Assembly (NCBI GenBank): GCA_951406725.2
Contig: OX597814.1
Location: 180,916,001-180,980,000 of the forward strand
DNA length: 64,000 nt
Direction: 5' to 3'
DNA from: Octopus vulgaris
Taxonomy: Eukaryota
Shown: positions 37,112 to 49,776 of the stretch, piece after piece
Layout of the letters: every line of letters begins with the position of its first letter
Numbering within the stretch: position 1 is the stretch's first letter
The notes under the pieces: generated by a model
Databases searched by the model: none
What the model saw: only the letters and a program-made list of their open reading frames with translations
What the model was told of the DNA's origin: nothing
Program-made: the position numbers and the translations under genes

Positions 37112-39669
37112 CACGTTAAAAGCTCGAACCGATCGTGACCGATGCCAGACCCTCTGGCCCCTGTGCAGGTGGCACGTAAAAAGCACCCAATCCACTCACG
37201 GAGTGGTTGGCGTTAGGAAGGGCATCCAGCCGTAGAAACTCTGCCAGATTCAGACTGGAGCCTGGAGCGGCCCCTGGCTTCCCAGACCCGGACGAACCGT
37301 CCAACCCGTGCTAGCGCGGAAAGCGGACGTTAAATGATGATGATGATGATATATATATAGATAGATAGATAGATAGATAAATGGATATGTAGGTAAACAG
37401 ATAGGTACATAGGTAATAAAGACAGACAAGTAGACACACACAGGTGCAAAAACACATATGGAGAACCATCCATACACAGCAGACACATGTACAGTCACAA
37501 ACCCATACACAGACACACTCTAACATACACACACATACAAATACAGAAACACACAAACATGAATATGCAGAATTCATGCATACACACACATACATGCATA
37601 TATGCATACACACACATGTACATATGTGTGCACAAACACATGCATACTGATACACACACACATGCACAGACAGACAGAAGGAATGCAGTGCCAATAATGG
37701 ACAGTCAACATCCATTGAGAAGGTTACAAAAGTGACAAAAATTTTGGAAGAAAAAGCAAATATAAATAATGAGTGGAAATTGAACCAGTGAGTGTATTAG
37801 ATGAAGCAATATGACTCTCCCCAGACACAAAATTTGTTTCAACAAATGAAGTCACATAATCTTGCAAACCAGATACGAAACCAGAGTATGTATGTGTTTA
37901 TTTATATATGTATGTATATATAATGCAAAAAGATGGAATGAACAGGCCTTAATCCAAATCACGACAGTTGTTTCTGTACAATGGTATCAGCTGGTAATTG
38001 CTGAGTGTTCCATATATTATAGACATTCTTGCATCAATATGATCCCACAAAAGCTGTGTGCCAGCATGTCTTCAGGTGAGTGCTCATAACCCACTCACCT
38101 GAAAACCTGCAGGTACACAGCTACTGCTGGATCATATTAATGCAATCATGTTTATAACACTCAACAATTACCAATTGATGCTAATGCACAGAAACAATTG
38201 TAGTGGTTTGGATTAAAGCCTGTCCATGTCATCTTCTTGTATTGTAACTTGTTTTCTGTGGACCTTAACAGATTTTCACATGTATATCCAGTAAAAGAAT
38301 TCCTGCTGTATGATAGCATATTATAACCAATACCCATAGAGGAGCTTTGCAAAGCATGCCATAAAGTTATTATATTATTTCATGTGTACACACTTTATTC
38401 AAACAAATGTTCCAGTTAATTTGTCCAACCCATGCCAGAATGGAAGACAGACATTGAATGATGATGATGATGATGAAATGCAAATATATATCAACAAATA
38501 CTGCATGTTAAGAGCAACTTAAAGCCTGTTCAAAGTGCCTTACAGGAAACGTACTAGTTCTCCTGAAAAGTATTTGAATGTGAAATTAAATTGATTACAA
38601 ACAATAATTTCCAACGTCTTTCATTTGACAGTTTCTTGATAAAGTGTTGTAAACTAGTGATTAGTGATAGAAGGGACAGTACAGTAGCTTTATTTTCACA
38701 GATTCAAACCAGTCACAAGCATAGTATCCTTCAGTTTACTTAGTATTTAAATGTAGCCTTATTTTTATCATGAAATGGTAAGAAAGTGCCCAGGCCATTT
38801 TATGTCCTTGTAGGTTGAGGTGTTAAAACTACTGGGAGGAGATTAGTGATTTGATATTAGAAAGAACATCTAGCTGAACATATTTTCTAGTTAATCACAC
38901 TGTTGTTGTAATTTACAAATGTTTGGAAACAAAAAAGACATAATAATTGGAGAATAACAACAAAGTCATCTCCTCCACCTACAAAAAATATTTTTTCATA
39001 GTTTATATTAGTTCCTTTAAAACAAAACAAAAAAAGACTATTTCTAAATATTTTTTTTAAATGTCTTCTGTTTAATAATAATTTCATTTATATCATAAAG
39101 GTTAACTTTAATAGTCTAATGCCTCCAGCAATTTCCATCATGCAAATGAAAGGCAATTATTATAAACATGTGTCTCCTGTGTAACATTCAAGTTATAGAA
39201 ATGCTTATGTCTCCAAACATCTTTAGGGAATAGGAACATGATAATGTATATTCAGCTAAGCTATTCTCTACTTAAAAGGTTTCTAATCCCTTTTGATGTC
39301 TCTGTCATCGACAAGGATGATCTCATTATTCAACCAAATAGCACTGTTAATGCAGAAAATGAAATGCAGTAGAGTGGCTAAAAGGGACAGTTTTCTCTGA
39401 ACTTTCTCTAACTCTATAACCTTTTGTTAACATTTAGATTTCTCTAATGAAGCAAAATGGCACTTGGAAAGATGGGTGTGTCATTATATCAACAGATATA
39501 GTAACAAGCCTTGTCACTAACTATTATAATAAATAACTGAAGATATCTTAGAAATATTTTCCATTGGGAGTAAAGAATGGAATAAGTTATATTCAGTAAC
39601 CTTGAATAAAATTATCTTAACTTTTCCAAAAGCTTTGTTTCTATAATCAATATTTTAATATCAGTGGAT

Positions 39670-40945
39670 GCTTTTCGATGAGGACAGCTGTATAAAGAAG
39701 TGCCACTCAATGTGGATGGAACTCGTGGAAAAATGAGACTCAAGAAAACATTGGACAAAGTGAAGTCTAATCTGAAGACCTTGAATCTAATAGAAGGGAT
39801 GACAAAGGAATGGGTTGACTGGCAATTTGCTATTCTTGACAACCACTGAGAAACTGAGATTTTGGAATTTTGGAAGTACACTTTGTGTGTATAAATGCAC
39901 GAGAGCCTCTGCCTAAATTTCTCCTTTCAAGACATTCCCAGCACCCATCACCTCTCTAACAGCGCTACTCTATTATTGTAATTAGATGTGAGCAGAACTG
40001 CATACTTTAGCTTTTTCTTGATATCACTTAACCCCACTGTATCCCACCCCTCTTAGTACCCGATAACATTTTACTGTTATCCATCTTTCATTCTTAATCC
40101 ATCCTCTCTACTCACATTTTACCACCGTATGTCTCCCTCACTCTCTTATTCATTATGTTTGCCCCACATTTTTACAACATACCTCATTTCCTTCTCTCTT
40201 TTTCACTCTACCTCTTTCTTTTCCTGTCTACTGTATTATCATCATTATTATTATTATCACTTTTCTGTTGCCTTTTTCCCACCCCTTTTCTGCACTGTCA
40301 GTCATCTCCTTTCTTCTATCTCCCCTCAATTTGTGCAGTGCATCATTGGTAACCCCTTGCCTCTCCCTCAACCTTACCCAATTTCTACAGTTGTCACCTC
40401 CTCTTCCCTCCTTATCTCCCAACACTTGTTCATGATATTCACTCTCTCACCCATTTCCTATTTCTGTCTCTTACTCTCCCATATACTTTCAACCTCTACC
40501 CACCCACTTTTCCTGTTCTCCTATTCTCACTTCTACTTACTTCATATCTTAAGGGTCCACTCTACATCTCATCACCACTTTTATTATGTCTTTTCAATTC
40601 TACCCTAACCATTCCCACTCTCTCTCTCCTATAATGTGAATAATTGTGTTGCTCCCCTACTGCAAGAAAGTTGTTCTGTTCTTCTTCCTTCTCTCACTTT
40701 AACCCCTCTTCCCATTATATAAAGCCTCCTCCCTCATGTCCCTCTCTTGTAGACTACATGGCAACTTCACTAATGTTGGTTCCATGAAAAAAGTACCCAG
40801 TACACATTGTAAAGTGGTTGGTATTAGGAAGGGCATCCAGTCATAGAAACCATGCCAAAGTAAACGGAACACAATGCAGTCTTTGGACTGGTTGATTCTG
40901 ACAAACCATCCAACCCATGCCATCCTGGAATATGGACATTAAAGG
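39670..40945 (+). mobile_element. Old RTE relic: ORF C-terminus, pyrimidine-rich 3'UTR and 3' terminal domain
   Basis: DEDSCIKKCHS..GTRGKMRLKKT..KSNLKTLNLIEGMTKE at 39670-39840, and GGTATTAGGAAGGGCATCCAG..CCAACCCATGCC at 40820-40945. Confidence 0.7.
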
Positions 40946-41616
40946 ATAGTGGCTATGAAAGCCATCTGGCTATGGAGACAGTCTTCAAATATTAGTGTTA
41001 TATGATATTCATAGTAGGCTGAAGGCTATTCGTCATTAGATAGGAAATTAGATGTCTGGTTTCAATCCTAACAATGTAATCTGTATATATTGTATATCCC
41101 AACTAACATTTACAATATATTGTTTTTGTTGATATTCATATTTGTGGGTAAGATATTTAAGTTCAGTGCTAGAATGTCAGAGAAACAAGTAAGCCTGCAG
41201 TTTATTAATACACTTAACATTGTGTCTTGCCTGAACTAATGATAAAAGCACAATATGTCAAGCAGAAGCTTCCTCAGTGTCTATTCGCTGCTGACATCCA
41301 TTGAGTATCAGCAAATTAAAACTGGTGAACCATAAAAACATTATATATTAAAGCAACTTAATTCTTTTTAAAAAGTATACATCATGAAACTTTAACTTTA
41401 TGTAATATCTACATCATTTGCCTTTGGTTTTTGAGATTTCTATTTATTTTCATTGAAATTATTTAGATTGTTGAAGGAATATGTATTATAACTTATGAAA
41501 AAAAAACATTAAGTTGTCATCTGTATCTTCTAATTAAACCTTAACCATATTTATATGTAAAATAATATATAGTTTTCATTAAACATTGTCTGATATATAG
41601 TTTTTTATGATGTGTT

Positions 41617-41677
<61 letters not shown>

Positions 41678-41750
41678 GGAATATTATTCCAAACTTACAG
41701 GGAAAAATTCAATTCAGAAATACTAAATCAAATTTTACAAAATATAAAAA

Positions 41751-42100
41751 TATATATATAAATTAGAAAAAAAATCACCTTTTATCAATTCAATAATGAA
41801 AAATTAAATTATACCATCTAGAATATTACATATTATAGAAAGATTAAATATAAGATAAAACATATAACAATGATTAAGTAATGTGCAAAATAATAAATAA
41901 AACGTATAGCCATGAAACACGTGTCATTATTCTACCAAATATACGTTTTATTTATTATTTTGTACATTACTTAATCATTGTTATATGTTTTATCTTATAT
42001 TTAATCTTTCTATAATATGTAATATTCTAGATGGTATAATTTAATTTTTCATTATTGAATTGATAAAAGGTGTGTTTTTTTTCTAATTTATAGATATATA
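41751..42100. repeat. Near-perfect long palindrome (arms ~158 bp, 31-bp spacer) next to a (TA)n tract
   Basis: 41751-41908 is the reverse complement of 41940-42100 with very few mismatches. The spacer is GCCATGAAACACGTGTCATTATTCTACCAAA. Confidence 0.95.
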
Positions 42101-42946
42101 TAAATGAAAAATGTTTTAAATGTTTTTTAAAGCCAAAATAATACAAGGTATAAAAAAATTACTAATGCAGGTCAATGGTTAGTACTATTACATGATATTT
42201 CACTTTTCAGGATTAGAACATTTGATCTGCATTATCAATTTTTATAACTTGCATTATTTAAGCTTTAAAAAGAGTATTTAAAACATATATAGTGTGTGTG
42301 AAAAGAGACAATCCTCGGGGTCTTTGTAATGCTCTCTCAGACTTGTACAATCAATACAGCTGGTGTTCACTCTGAATATCTGCTAGAAAAACATAGTCAA
42401 ATGAAAATGGGTCTAATTTGAATGCTTGCAATAGAGTGAACTAAAGGACTAGGTGTGGTGTTAAAGCAAGTAATGTGTGACCAAGAAAACTTGTCTACTA
42501 CAGATTAATAGACATAACAATAGCTATGGCAAGAGAGTCATTCCTCTTATTTTATCACATCTGAAAGGTGTGGTTTTTACTCCCCTAACATTTTTTGAAA
42601 TTGAGTTCATTATTGAATGGGATAGTTCAATAGATATTCTCAACCCTTAACAACTGAATCTAAAGTGAAATGCATTTATGAATAGCATTTGTTATCTTCA
42701 ATACCCTTATAATAGATTTATATATATATATATGACTTCTTTTTATTCATTGATTCATTCTAAATTGATCTAAATGTTGATATAACTATAGCTACCCACT
42801 AAATGTTGTCGAGTAATCTACCTGTACAGATTATGTAACTAATATAGTCTGTGTCTGTATTTTCTGATCTTACATATTATTAACTTTGTTGTTATGCTGC
42901 TATATTCATGGCTCTCTTAAAATATATCAGATTTTCCTCTACCTTG

Positions 42947-43238
42947 GTTACTACACCCAATAAATCCCCTGCTACCTGTTCTCGTCATTATTTTCATCTT
43001 TTCTTTCACTAGACATTCTACAACAGGGCCCTCTTCTACTTGATGTTACTCATTTCTAAATCCTCTCAACTTACCTGCTTAAACTATTTGTTACTACACC
43101 CAATAAGAAATCCCCTGCTACCTGTTCTCATCATCATTTCATCTTTTCTTTCACTAGACATACATTCTACGACAGGGCCCTCTTCTACTTGATGTTACTC
43201 ATTTCTAAATCCTCTTAACTTACCTGCTTAAACTATTT
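42947..43238 (+). repeat. Tandem duplication of about 145 bp
   Basis: GTTACTACACCCAAT..CTGCTTAAACTATTT occurs at 42947-43089 and 43090-43238. The second copy has two 4-bp insertions. Confidence 0.95.
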
Positions 43239-44892
43239 GTTTCTTATATCAGGCAGGTCATATTTATTTCCTTTTGTTCTAGATACAAGTTTACTACTTC
43301 CAATGAAACAGCATTACACTTTTTGGAGAAAATAGTAATACTACAATGTAGCTATTGTTTTCCATTATTTCTGACAGAAAGTGTGTCTCAATAAACATTA
43401 TTTATTAACAGTGCAGGTTAATACAACACCTTATATGGACAATTATAAAATAAACATATTTGCTTTACCATTAAATGGTTCTTTAGTTTCTTTGGTTTCT
43501 GTCAGAGAAATCAAATTTTTCACATAGACTTTGCAAAATTTGGTAATGCAGTTCCTTAAAAATTATAGTCAAGTTCTATACATCTCTATTAACAAAAATA
43601 CCATTTGATTGTTGAATATTGAAGATACTCTAAAACAGATTACTCAGGTTCTTTTTTTGCTTAATCTAGAATGCTTACTTACTTTTTGAGCATTTGAGTT
43701 CACACCCATGTTAGTGTATCAACTAAAGAACACAAATGAGGTTGTTAAAAATAATAGTTACAAATTGTTTTTGTACAGCTCTCTGGTAAAATCACAGGAT
43801 ATCATTATTATTAAGTTTTGTTAATTTGTAGTTTATGACTAGCAAAATTTAATCCAGATAAATATGGAAAACTGGGCATCTAACTATTAACAAGAGCTAT
43901 ACTTCATTAACTCTCCAGTTTTCAGTTATAAATGAAATACAGTTAAAATTTAGTGTATTATATAAGTTAATATATGTTGAATGTCAGTCTTTTAATTTTT
44001 TTTATTAGATATACTTGTTCTTTATGCCTTCAAGTTTTTATTTAATCATATGAGGTTTCTGGAAGATAGTATACAATCGTTATCATGCATAATATTTATT
44101 TGTTGATACAATATATTAAGTTAATGCTATTAACAAACACCCAAAATTATATTTACACAGTCATTGTTTGAAAGTATGTTGGCTACAAATTTTGCATTTA
44201 TCTCTAATCACTTGATTAGAGCTAGAATTATACCGTGCAATTAATTTAAATAGTGAAACTTATTTCGCATCCGTATTACTTGTACAATATAAACTTAATC
44301 TCAAATTTTCTGAGTTTATTATGAATTCTTTTTAGATATACCAAGTATAGCTACTTATTTTTGATTGGATTATAGGAGTTTTCCTCTTGGATTTCATTAC
44401 TTTATGATACTGCTTGTTATGTTGCAAAAAGAATACCATATATATAAGAAGCCACAGGTGTAACCATGTGGTTAAGAAATTTGCTTTGCAAATTTGGGGT
44501 TTGGTCCTATTCTGCAGCACCTTTGCCAAATGTCTTCTATTGCTGTAACCTTGGGTTGAAAAATGCTTCATGAATAGAATTTGGTGGATGGAAACCTGTT
44601 GTTTGCATGTGTATGTATAGAATGTGTGTGCATCTGGGTATACCAATGTGCATCTCTTCATGTAAAAAAAAACAGTTTAGTCATTCAATAATAAATAGAT
44701 AGCAACAAAATGTCAGTCTGAAGTAAGTACTAGGATTGGTATGATCAAATAAGATCCTTGAAGTTGTTGCTCTAGCATGGTCTCAGCCCAAATACTGAAA
44801 CCAGTAGTAGAAAACAATGGAATACTTTCCTTCTTTCATTGAAAATGCAGTTTATGTGATAATAATTTTTAAAAATCAGAATTTACTGAATG

Positions 44893-45274
44893 AGAGTATT
44901 TTATTTACATTATTTACAATTGACAGAAATTTGTCCTCATCTTGTTTGTTGTTTACACAACATTTCAGCTGATACACCCTCCAGCCTTCATCAGGTGTCT
45001 TGGGGAAATTTCAAACCTGGGTTCTCATTCCTAAGGTACTTTTCGATGTTGTTGTTATTATTATTCAGGTCACTGCCTGGAATCAAACTCGGAATCTTGG
45101 GGTTGGTAACCCAGGCTCTTAACCTTAACCACTACGCCATATGCCGTGACACTTTATGAAGGCTGGAGGGTATATCAGCCGAAACATGTTAACAACAAAC
45201 AAGATGAGGACAAATATCCATCAATTATAAATAATGTAAATAATGTACATAATTCCTCATCTCTTGAATATAGA
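44893..45274 (-). mobile_element. tRNA-headed element with hammerhead motif and an inverted duplication of its 3' end
   Basis: Minus-strand head with A/B boxes at 45145-45068. Inverted arms at 44901-44999 and 45148-45243. Flanking direct repeat ACTGAATG. Confidence 0.8.
44955..44999 (-). ncRNA. Minimal type I hammerhead ribozyme motif (probably partly decayed)
   Basis: Minus strand GACAC-CTGATGA-A-GGCTG-GAGGGTGTAT-CAGCT-GAAA-TG-TT-GTGT shows stem I (ACAC/GTGT), an intact CUGAUGA, stem II, GAAA and UH. Confidence 0.65.
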
Positions 45275-45944
45275 ACTGAATGGTGGTAGTTAGATTACTG
45301 ACTGCATGGTCTTGAATTCAAACTTTGTCAGGGTTTTATTCAGAGTATTGGTGAAATGAGATCTGAGAGTACAAGTCTCATATATCAGTTATAACCAGAT
45401 TAGATAAATGGAAATATACCCAAAGTAGAGAATAAATCATACCAGCATAGTGTGGATTAGTCAGGTGTTAATATTATAAATATTATGATTAGGAAGAAAT
45501 GAATTTATATAACTAATTACAATTTTAAATTAAATTATATTCAGTTAAAACATATAAAGCTATAAGTTCCAAAAAAGCATTTTTAATCTGGAACTTTACC
45601 TTTTCTCTACTTTCTTGCTCATTGAATATATAAAGAAAAGATTTTTGCTGGACACATGTAAAATATATAAAATGGCAATCAGTAAGATATTGAGCCACAA
45701 GCACATGGGCCATTAGTTTTATTTGTCTGTTACAATAATTTTATTTGTGTTTCTGGGTTGTACACATATTTTATATGGCTTAATTCATTTAACTACAGGA
45801 AATAAAGATTGGTCATATGAAACTGTCTACAATAAACTGGCAACCTAACCACACTTAGATTTATTACACACTAAATATTTCTCAATGTATAAGTAAAATA
45901 TAGATCCTATGGCATTTGGAGTTGTTAATTTTATTATTTATTGA

Positions 45945-46701
45945 CTCATCATCATCTTCAATTTATGCCCATTTCTTCCACACTTGTGTTGGATGAGTCC
46001 TCTCCCTCTCAGCATTCCACTGCTTTTGCAGTCTCTCATCATTTCTTTGCTGAGGCTCAACCTTTCCAGATCAGCCTTCATCACTTCCTATATTTTCCAG
46101 TATTTCCCTTCCACTTTAATTGTTTGGTACTGCTTTACCCAACTCTCATCTTCTATATGCATTGCATGTCCATGTCAGCTCAGTTTCCACTCTTGCACAC
46201 TACAGGCAAATCCTCTTATGCTCATTTTTTCTCTCCACTCATTTACATTTTGTCATTTATTCACACTAACATCACACATCTAACAGAACATGCTTATTAC
46301 ATTTCTTTCCAGTTTTTACACATCTTCTGCACTAGTACCCATGTTTCACTACCATACAATATTGCACTTCATACACAAGCATCATTCAATTTGCCATTCA
46401 TTCAGAGAATTCCTGTGATACTATCAGAGGGAGTAATAAACTTACACCAGTTGCTATGTTTGCAGAACACCCACTTCCACTGCTGGTTAGATGATCTAGG
46501 TGACAGAAACTTGTCAACTACACCTCTAGGGAGCTTTTACACATTTGAGAGAGTTCATTTCATTGGTGCTTTTACTACTAGCTATACTTATAAATCTGTG
46601 CTATGTAAAGTGTTTCTCTGTCAACTTGCTTGTGCACCCATTGTATACATTGGGTACACCTTATGAAATTCATACCTACACCTTTACTACAAGTTGGGCA
46701 T
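45945..46701 (-). mobile_element. Old RTE relic retaining the PHD-finger segment
   Basis: Minus strand reads CPTCSKGVGMNFIRCTQCIQWVHK (46700-46630) and GKLNDACV*SAILYGSETW. A (CAT)n tail lies near 45948. Confidence 0.85.
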
Positions 46702-49689
46702 AATAGATTTAGCTATCAGAACTAAGTCAATGGTACACAAAAGTTCTCACACATGTCCAGTCCTAAACTTTCTTGTTATAACTTAGAAAACTAAAATAAA
46801 AAAGGAGCTGGATGAGGGATCTTTCAGCTTCTACACCTTCTATCTCTGAGTCTCTGTAGTTCTTATTCTGATGTCATTAATCTTGAGTGGTATATTCTTC
46901 ACTTAGAAAAGAATATTCAGAACCATTTGTCTACCCAACTTCTTGCTGAGCTTGAAGTGTATCTGGCTTGCATGTTTGATTATGACAGGTAATCAGTTGG
47001 TTGGATATTTGGTTTCTAGGAGTTCAGAGTTCATGATTTTAATGATAATAACCATAATAATTAGCTTAATTTGGCAAACTAAGCCTGTGACATGGTTTGA
47101 AATCCTGTTTATTACTGTTTTATATATATTGCTGTTTGCTAATATTTTAATATACTCTATAAAATGGTTAACACTTGGAAGGACATTCAACTATAAAAGC
47201 CATGCCACAAATGGAACATACAAATGAGATGAGAACTTCGATCAATCTAGAAAGGCAGTAACCATGAATAAGAACTGGCTCAGACTGTAGCAACCTGTCC
47301 AGCCAAAGGCAGAATGTAAAATGGTTGTGAAATGATACTAATGAGAGTGGTAGAATTGGTTGAGTAACAAGTAAAATCATGCATTACAGCTTTTTACATT
47401 CTGTATTCAATTTCTGCCAGGCTGACTTGGTTTTTCTTCCTTATGAGTTAATTAAATAAAGTACAGTGGTCCTTGTAATTGACTATACACTTATTCCAAA
47501 TTTTGTGGCTTTGTGACATTGTGAAAAATCAGTATGATTGAGAAGATGACAAAGAGGAAAGTTCCACAGGAAGTAATTTCAGTTCTATTAAACCACTATT
47601 GTATATTTGATTGGCTACTTGGATACTTAGTGTGATGGTCTGAACTAATTAGGATTATTAAACAACAAAGACATTATGTATTAAAAGATGATTTTAGAGA
47701 TTCCAGACTTACAAAAATATCTATAAAATTTATATTGTATTGTTCCTACTATTACTGCTTCTTACTAGTTCTTTTTTTTTTTTCTTTTTGGTGTATCATT
47801 AAAGACATTCATCTGCCTAATAAGCAAACCTTCTTTGGTTCCTCTTTTGCTAATATTATGATCTCCAATCTTCCAGACTTCCAAGTTCTACAGTACTCTA
47901 ACTTTCAACCTGCCTAATGTATCTGCCTTTTCTCCTCCTCCTTCCGGAACCCTTATTAGATTCTTTTTCCCATTCTTTTTCTAATTGCAACCCTCTGAAG
48001 CTCCTTTATCTGTATTTTGCCTCTGATTACTAACATACAGGAGTTCTTAGTTAAACAGACCCTGAAAGGGTTACGATCATTGTCTCCTGTGACTGACTAA
48101 CAAAAATGTTATTGAGACTACCCTCATTTATTTAGATGAAATGTGTTTATATATATATATATCCATAGTTGTTAAGAGCTCAATTAGTAATAGGTTAACT
48201 CCAACATGTTCTAACATTGCAGTAAATCTAAGTGGGTAAAGCTTGCATATATATATACACATTGGCTTAAAATAACCCTTAAGAGCAACATACATTCAGG
48301 ACAAAAAGCAGAAAAGCATATATTTCATGGATAAATTATAATTGAATTACATTCAATAGCTGTATTGACAGGAATAAACATCATTAATTCTCTAATTACA
48401 TAGTTATGGTACATAACTAATTAATATCAATTAATTTAATTTAAATTAGATTAATTTAAAGCAATGTTTATCCTAAATCATGAAAACTATTATGGGCTAT
48501 GCCAAACATAAACTGTTGCTGATTTAAATACAAATGGGACAGAGAGAATCATATATATATTTATACGCACACAAGCACATATACACATGCACACACCCTA
48601 ACATAGTCTGTTATATTCCTGAAGATTGGTGATAATACTTTAAATTAATCTACATTATCTATTAGGTAAGTATAGACATAATATTTATTCCTAATGAAAC
48701 AGCTATTGAAAGTCATTTCTATGAAATTTATGCTTTTCGGCTATTTTTTCTATATCATTTTCATTATTTAACATCCTTATTCTATGCTGGAATCTGTTAG
48801 ACTACACACACACACACACACATCTCAGTACTTTCATCTGTTTGATGTCCAGTTGTCATCAAGTGTCCTATTCATAAACGTGTTCAAAAAATTGAGGAGA
48901 CAAATATCAAACCACTTGAAACTTATTGTAAATATTGAAAAATATTTCATGTGTAAAATATGAAGCTGGTAATCTGAAAAATTAAAATCTTAATTTATCT
49001 CAGACATATAAGACATTTAACAGAAAATTCCTTAGTCTAATTTACTTGATTACATTTAATATTGGTCTGTGATCAATTAATGTTCTTCCAAGTATATTTC
49101 ATTGTTAAATATCTTAGCTAGATGTCTGTAACACTGGAAAGTTTAGCATAAAATGAAGCCTATTAATATAGAACATGAAATCTCTATAGAGATTTTAAAG
49201 AATTTTAATGTAGTTGGTAATTTAGAAATTAGGATTGCTTAATATTTAGGAAAGAATTTGCATAAGTTTTTTTTTTTTTCTCTCCTGGCTGTCAACCTTC
49301 AAAATTAATGTTTTCTTTCTTTCTCTGTAAATGGTATAACTACTAAATGGATATACTTATAATATTTTGCTCTTTTTACGAATGTCGGTCACTGGACTGC
49401 AACCATGCTGGAGTACCACCATCAAGAAATTAGTTGAACATATCAATCCCAATACTTATTTTATCAATCTCTTCCATAACATAGTTTTTTTGAACAGCTA
49501 TGTTATGGAACAAAAACAATGCTGATTTTTAGCTTGGTGTAAAAATTAGCACAAACACAGAGTGCTCGCTATTAAATGTTTTACTATAAGCACCAAGACG
49601 GCTACACAATTTGGTAACTGTTATTTCTACGTACAGGATAATACGGTACCTTGACCCACAAATGTTGTCCTGTTGTTTGTGAAATACTA

Positions 49690-49776
49690 GGGTCGACTTT
49701 TATATGGGGTCTATGGAAAAGTCCCAATTTTTTGGCCAAAAATAGGGGGTCGACTATTACTCAAGTATATACGGTA
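49690..49776. mobile_element. One end of a pogo/Tc1-like non-autonomous element
   Basis: Repeated GGGTCGACT and terminus TACTCAAGTATATACGG|TA. The other TIR was not found. Confidence 0.4.

Larger units (their letters stand above)
35358..37350 (+). mobile_element. 5'-truncated young RTE-clade LINE (RT, C-terminus, 3'UTR, (ATG)n tail)
   Basis: 505-aa ORF with RT motifs KAPG, NYRGIKLL, QFGFVPGRSTTD, VDLEKAFDRV, GVHQGSALSP, YADD and FRYLG. RTE-type C-terminus RRLRWYGHVLRM. The 3' end is a stem-loop followed by TAAATGATGATGATG. No endonuclease domain is present and no clear TSD is visible. Confidence 0.95.

Noticed and set aside
40129-40608. 159-aa S/L/F/H-rich ORF
   Set aside because: It is low-complexity pyrimidine-rich sequence, probably an old LINE 3'UTR.
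45068-45145. Functional tRNA gene
   Set aside because: There is no complete acceptor stem or 7-nt anticodon loop, and it has a 6-bp internal duplication. It is better read as a SINE head.
45941-46666. 241-aa plus-strand ORF
   Set aside because: It is the antisense frame of a decayed RTE element and has no recognisable domain.
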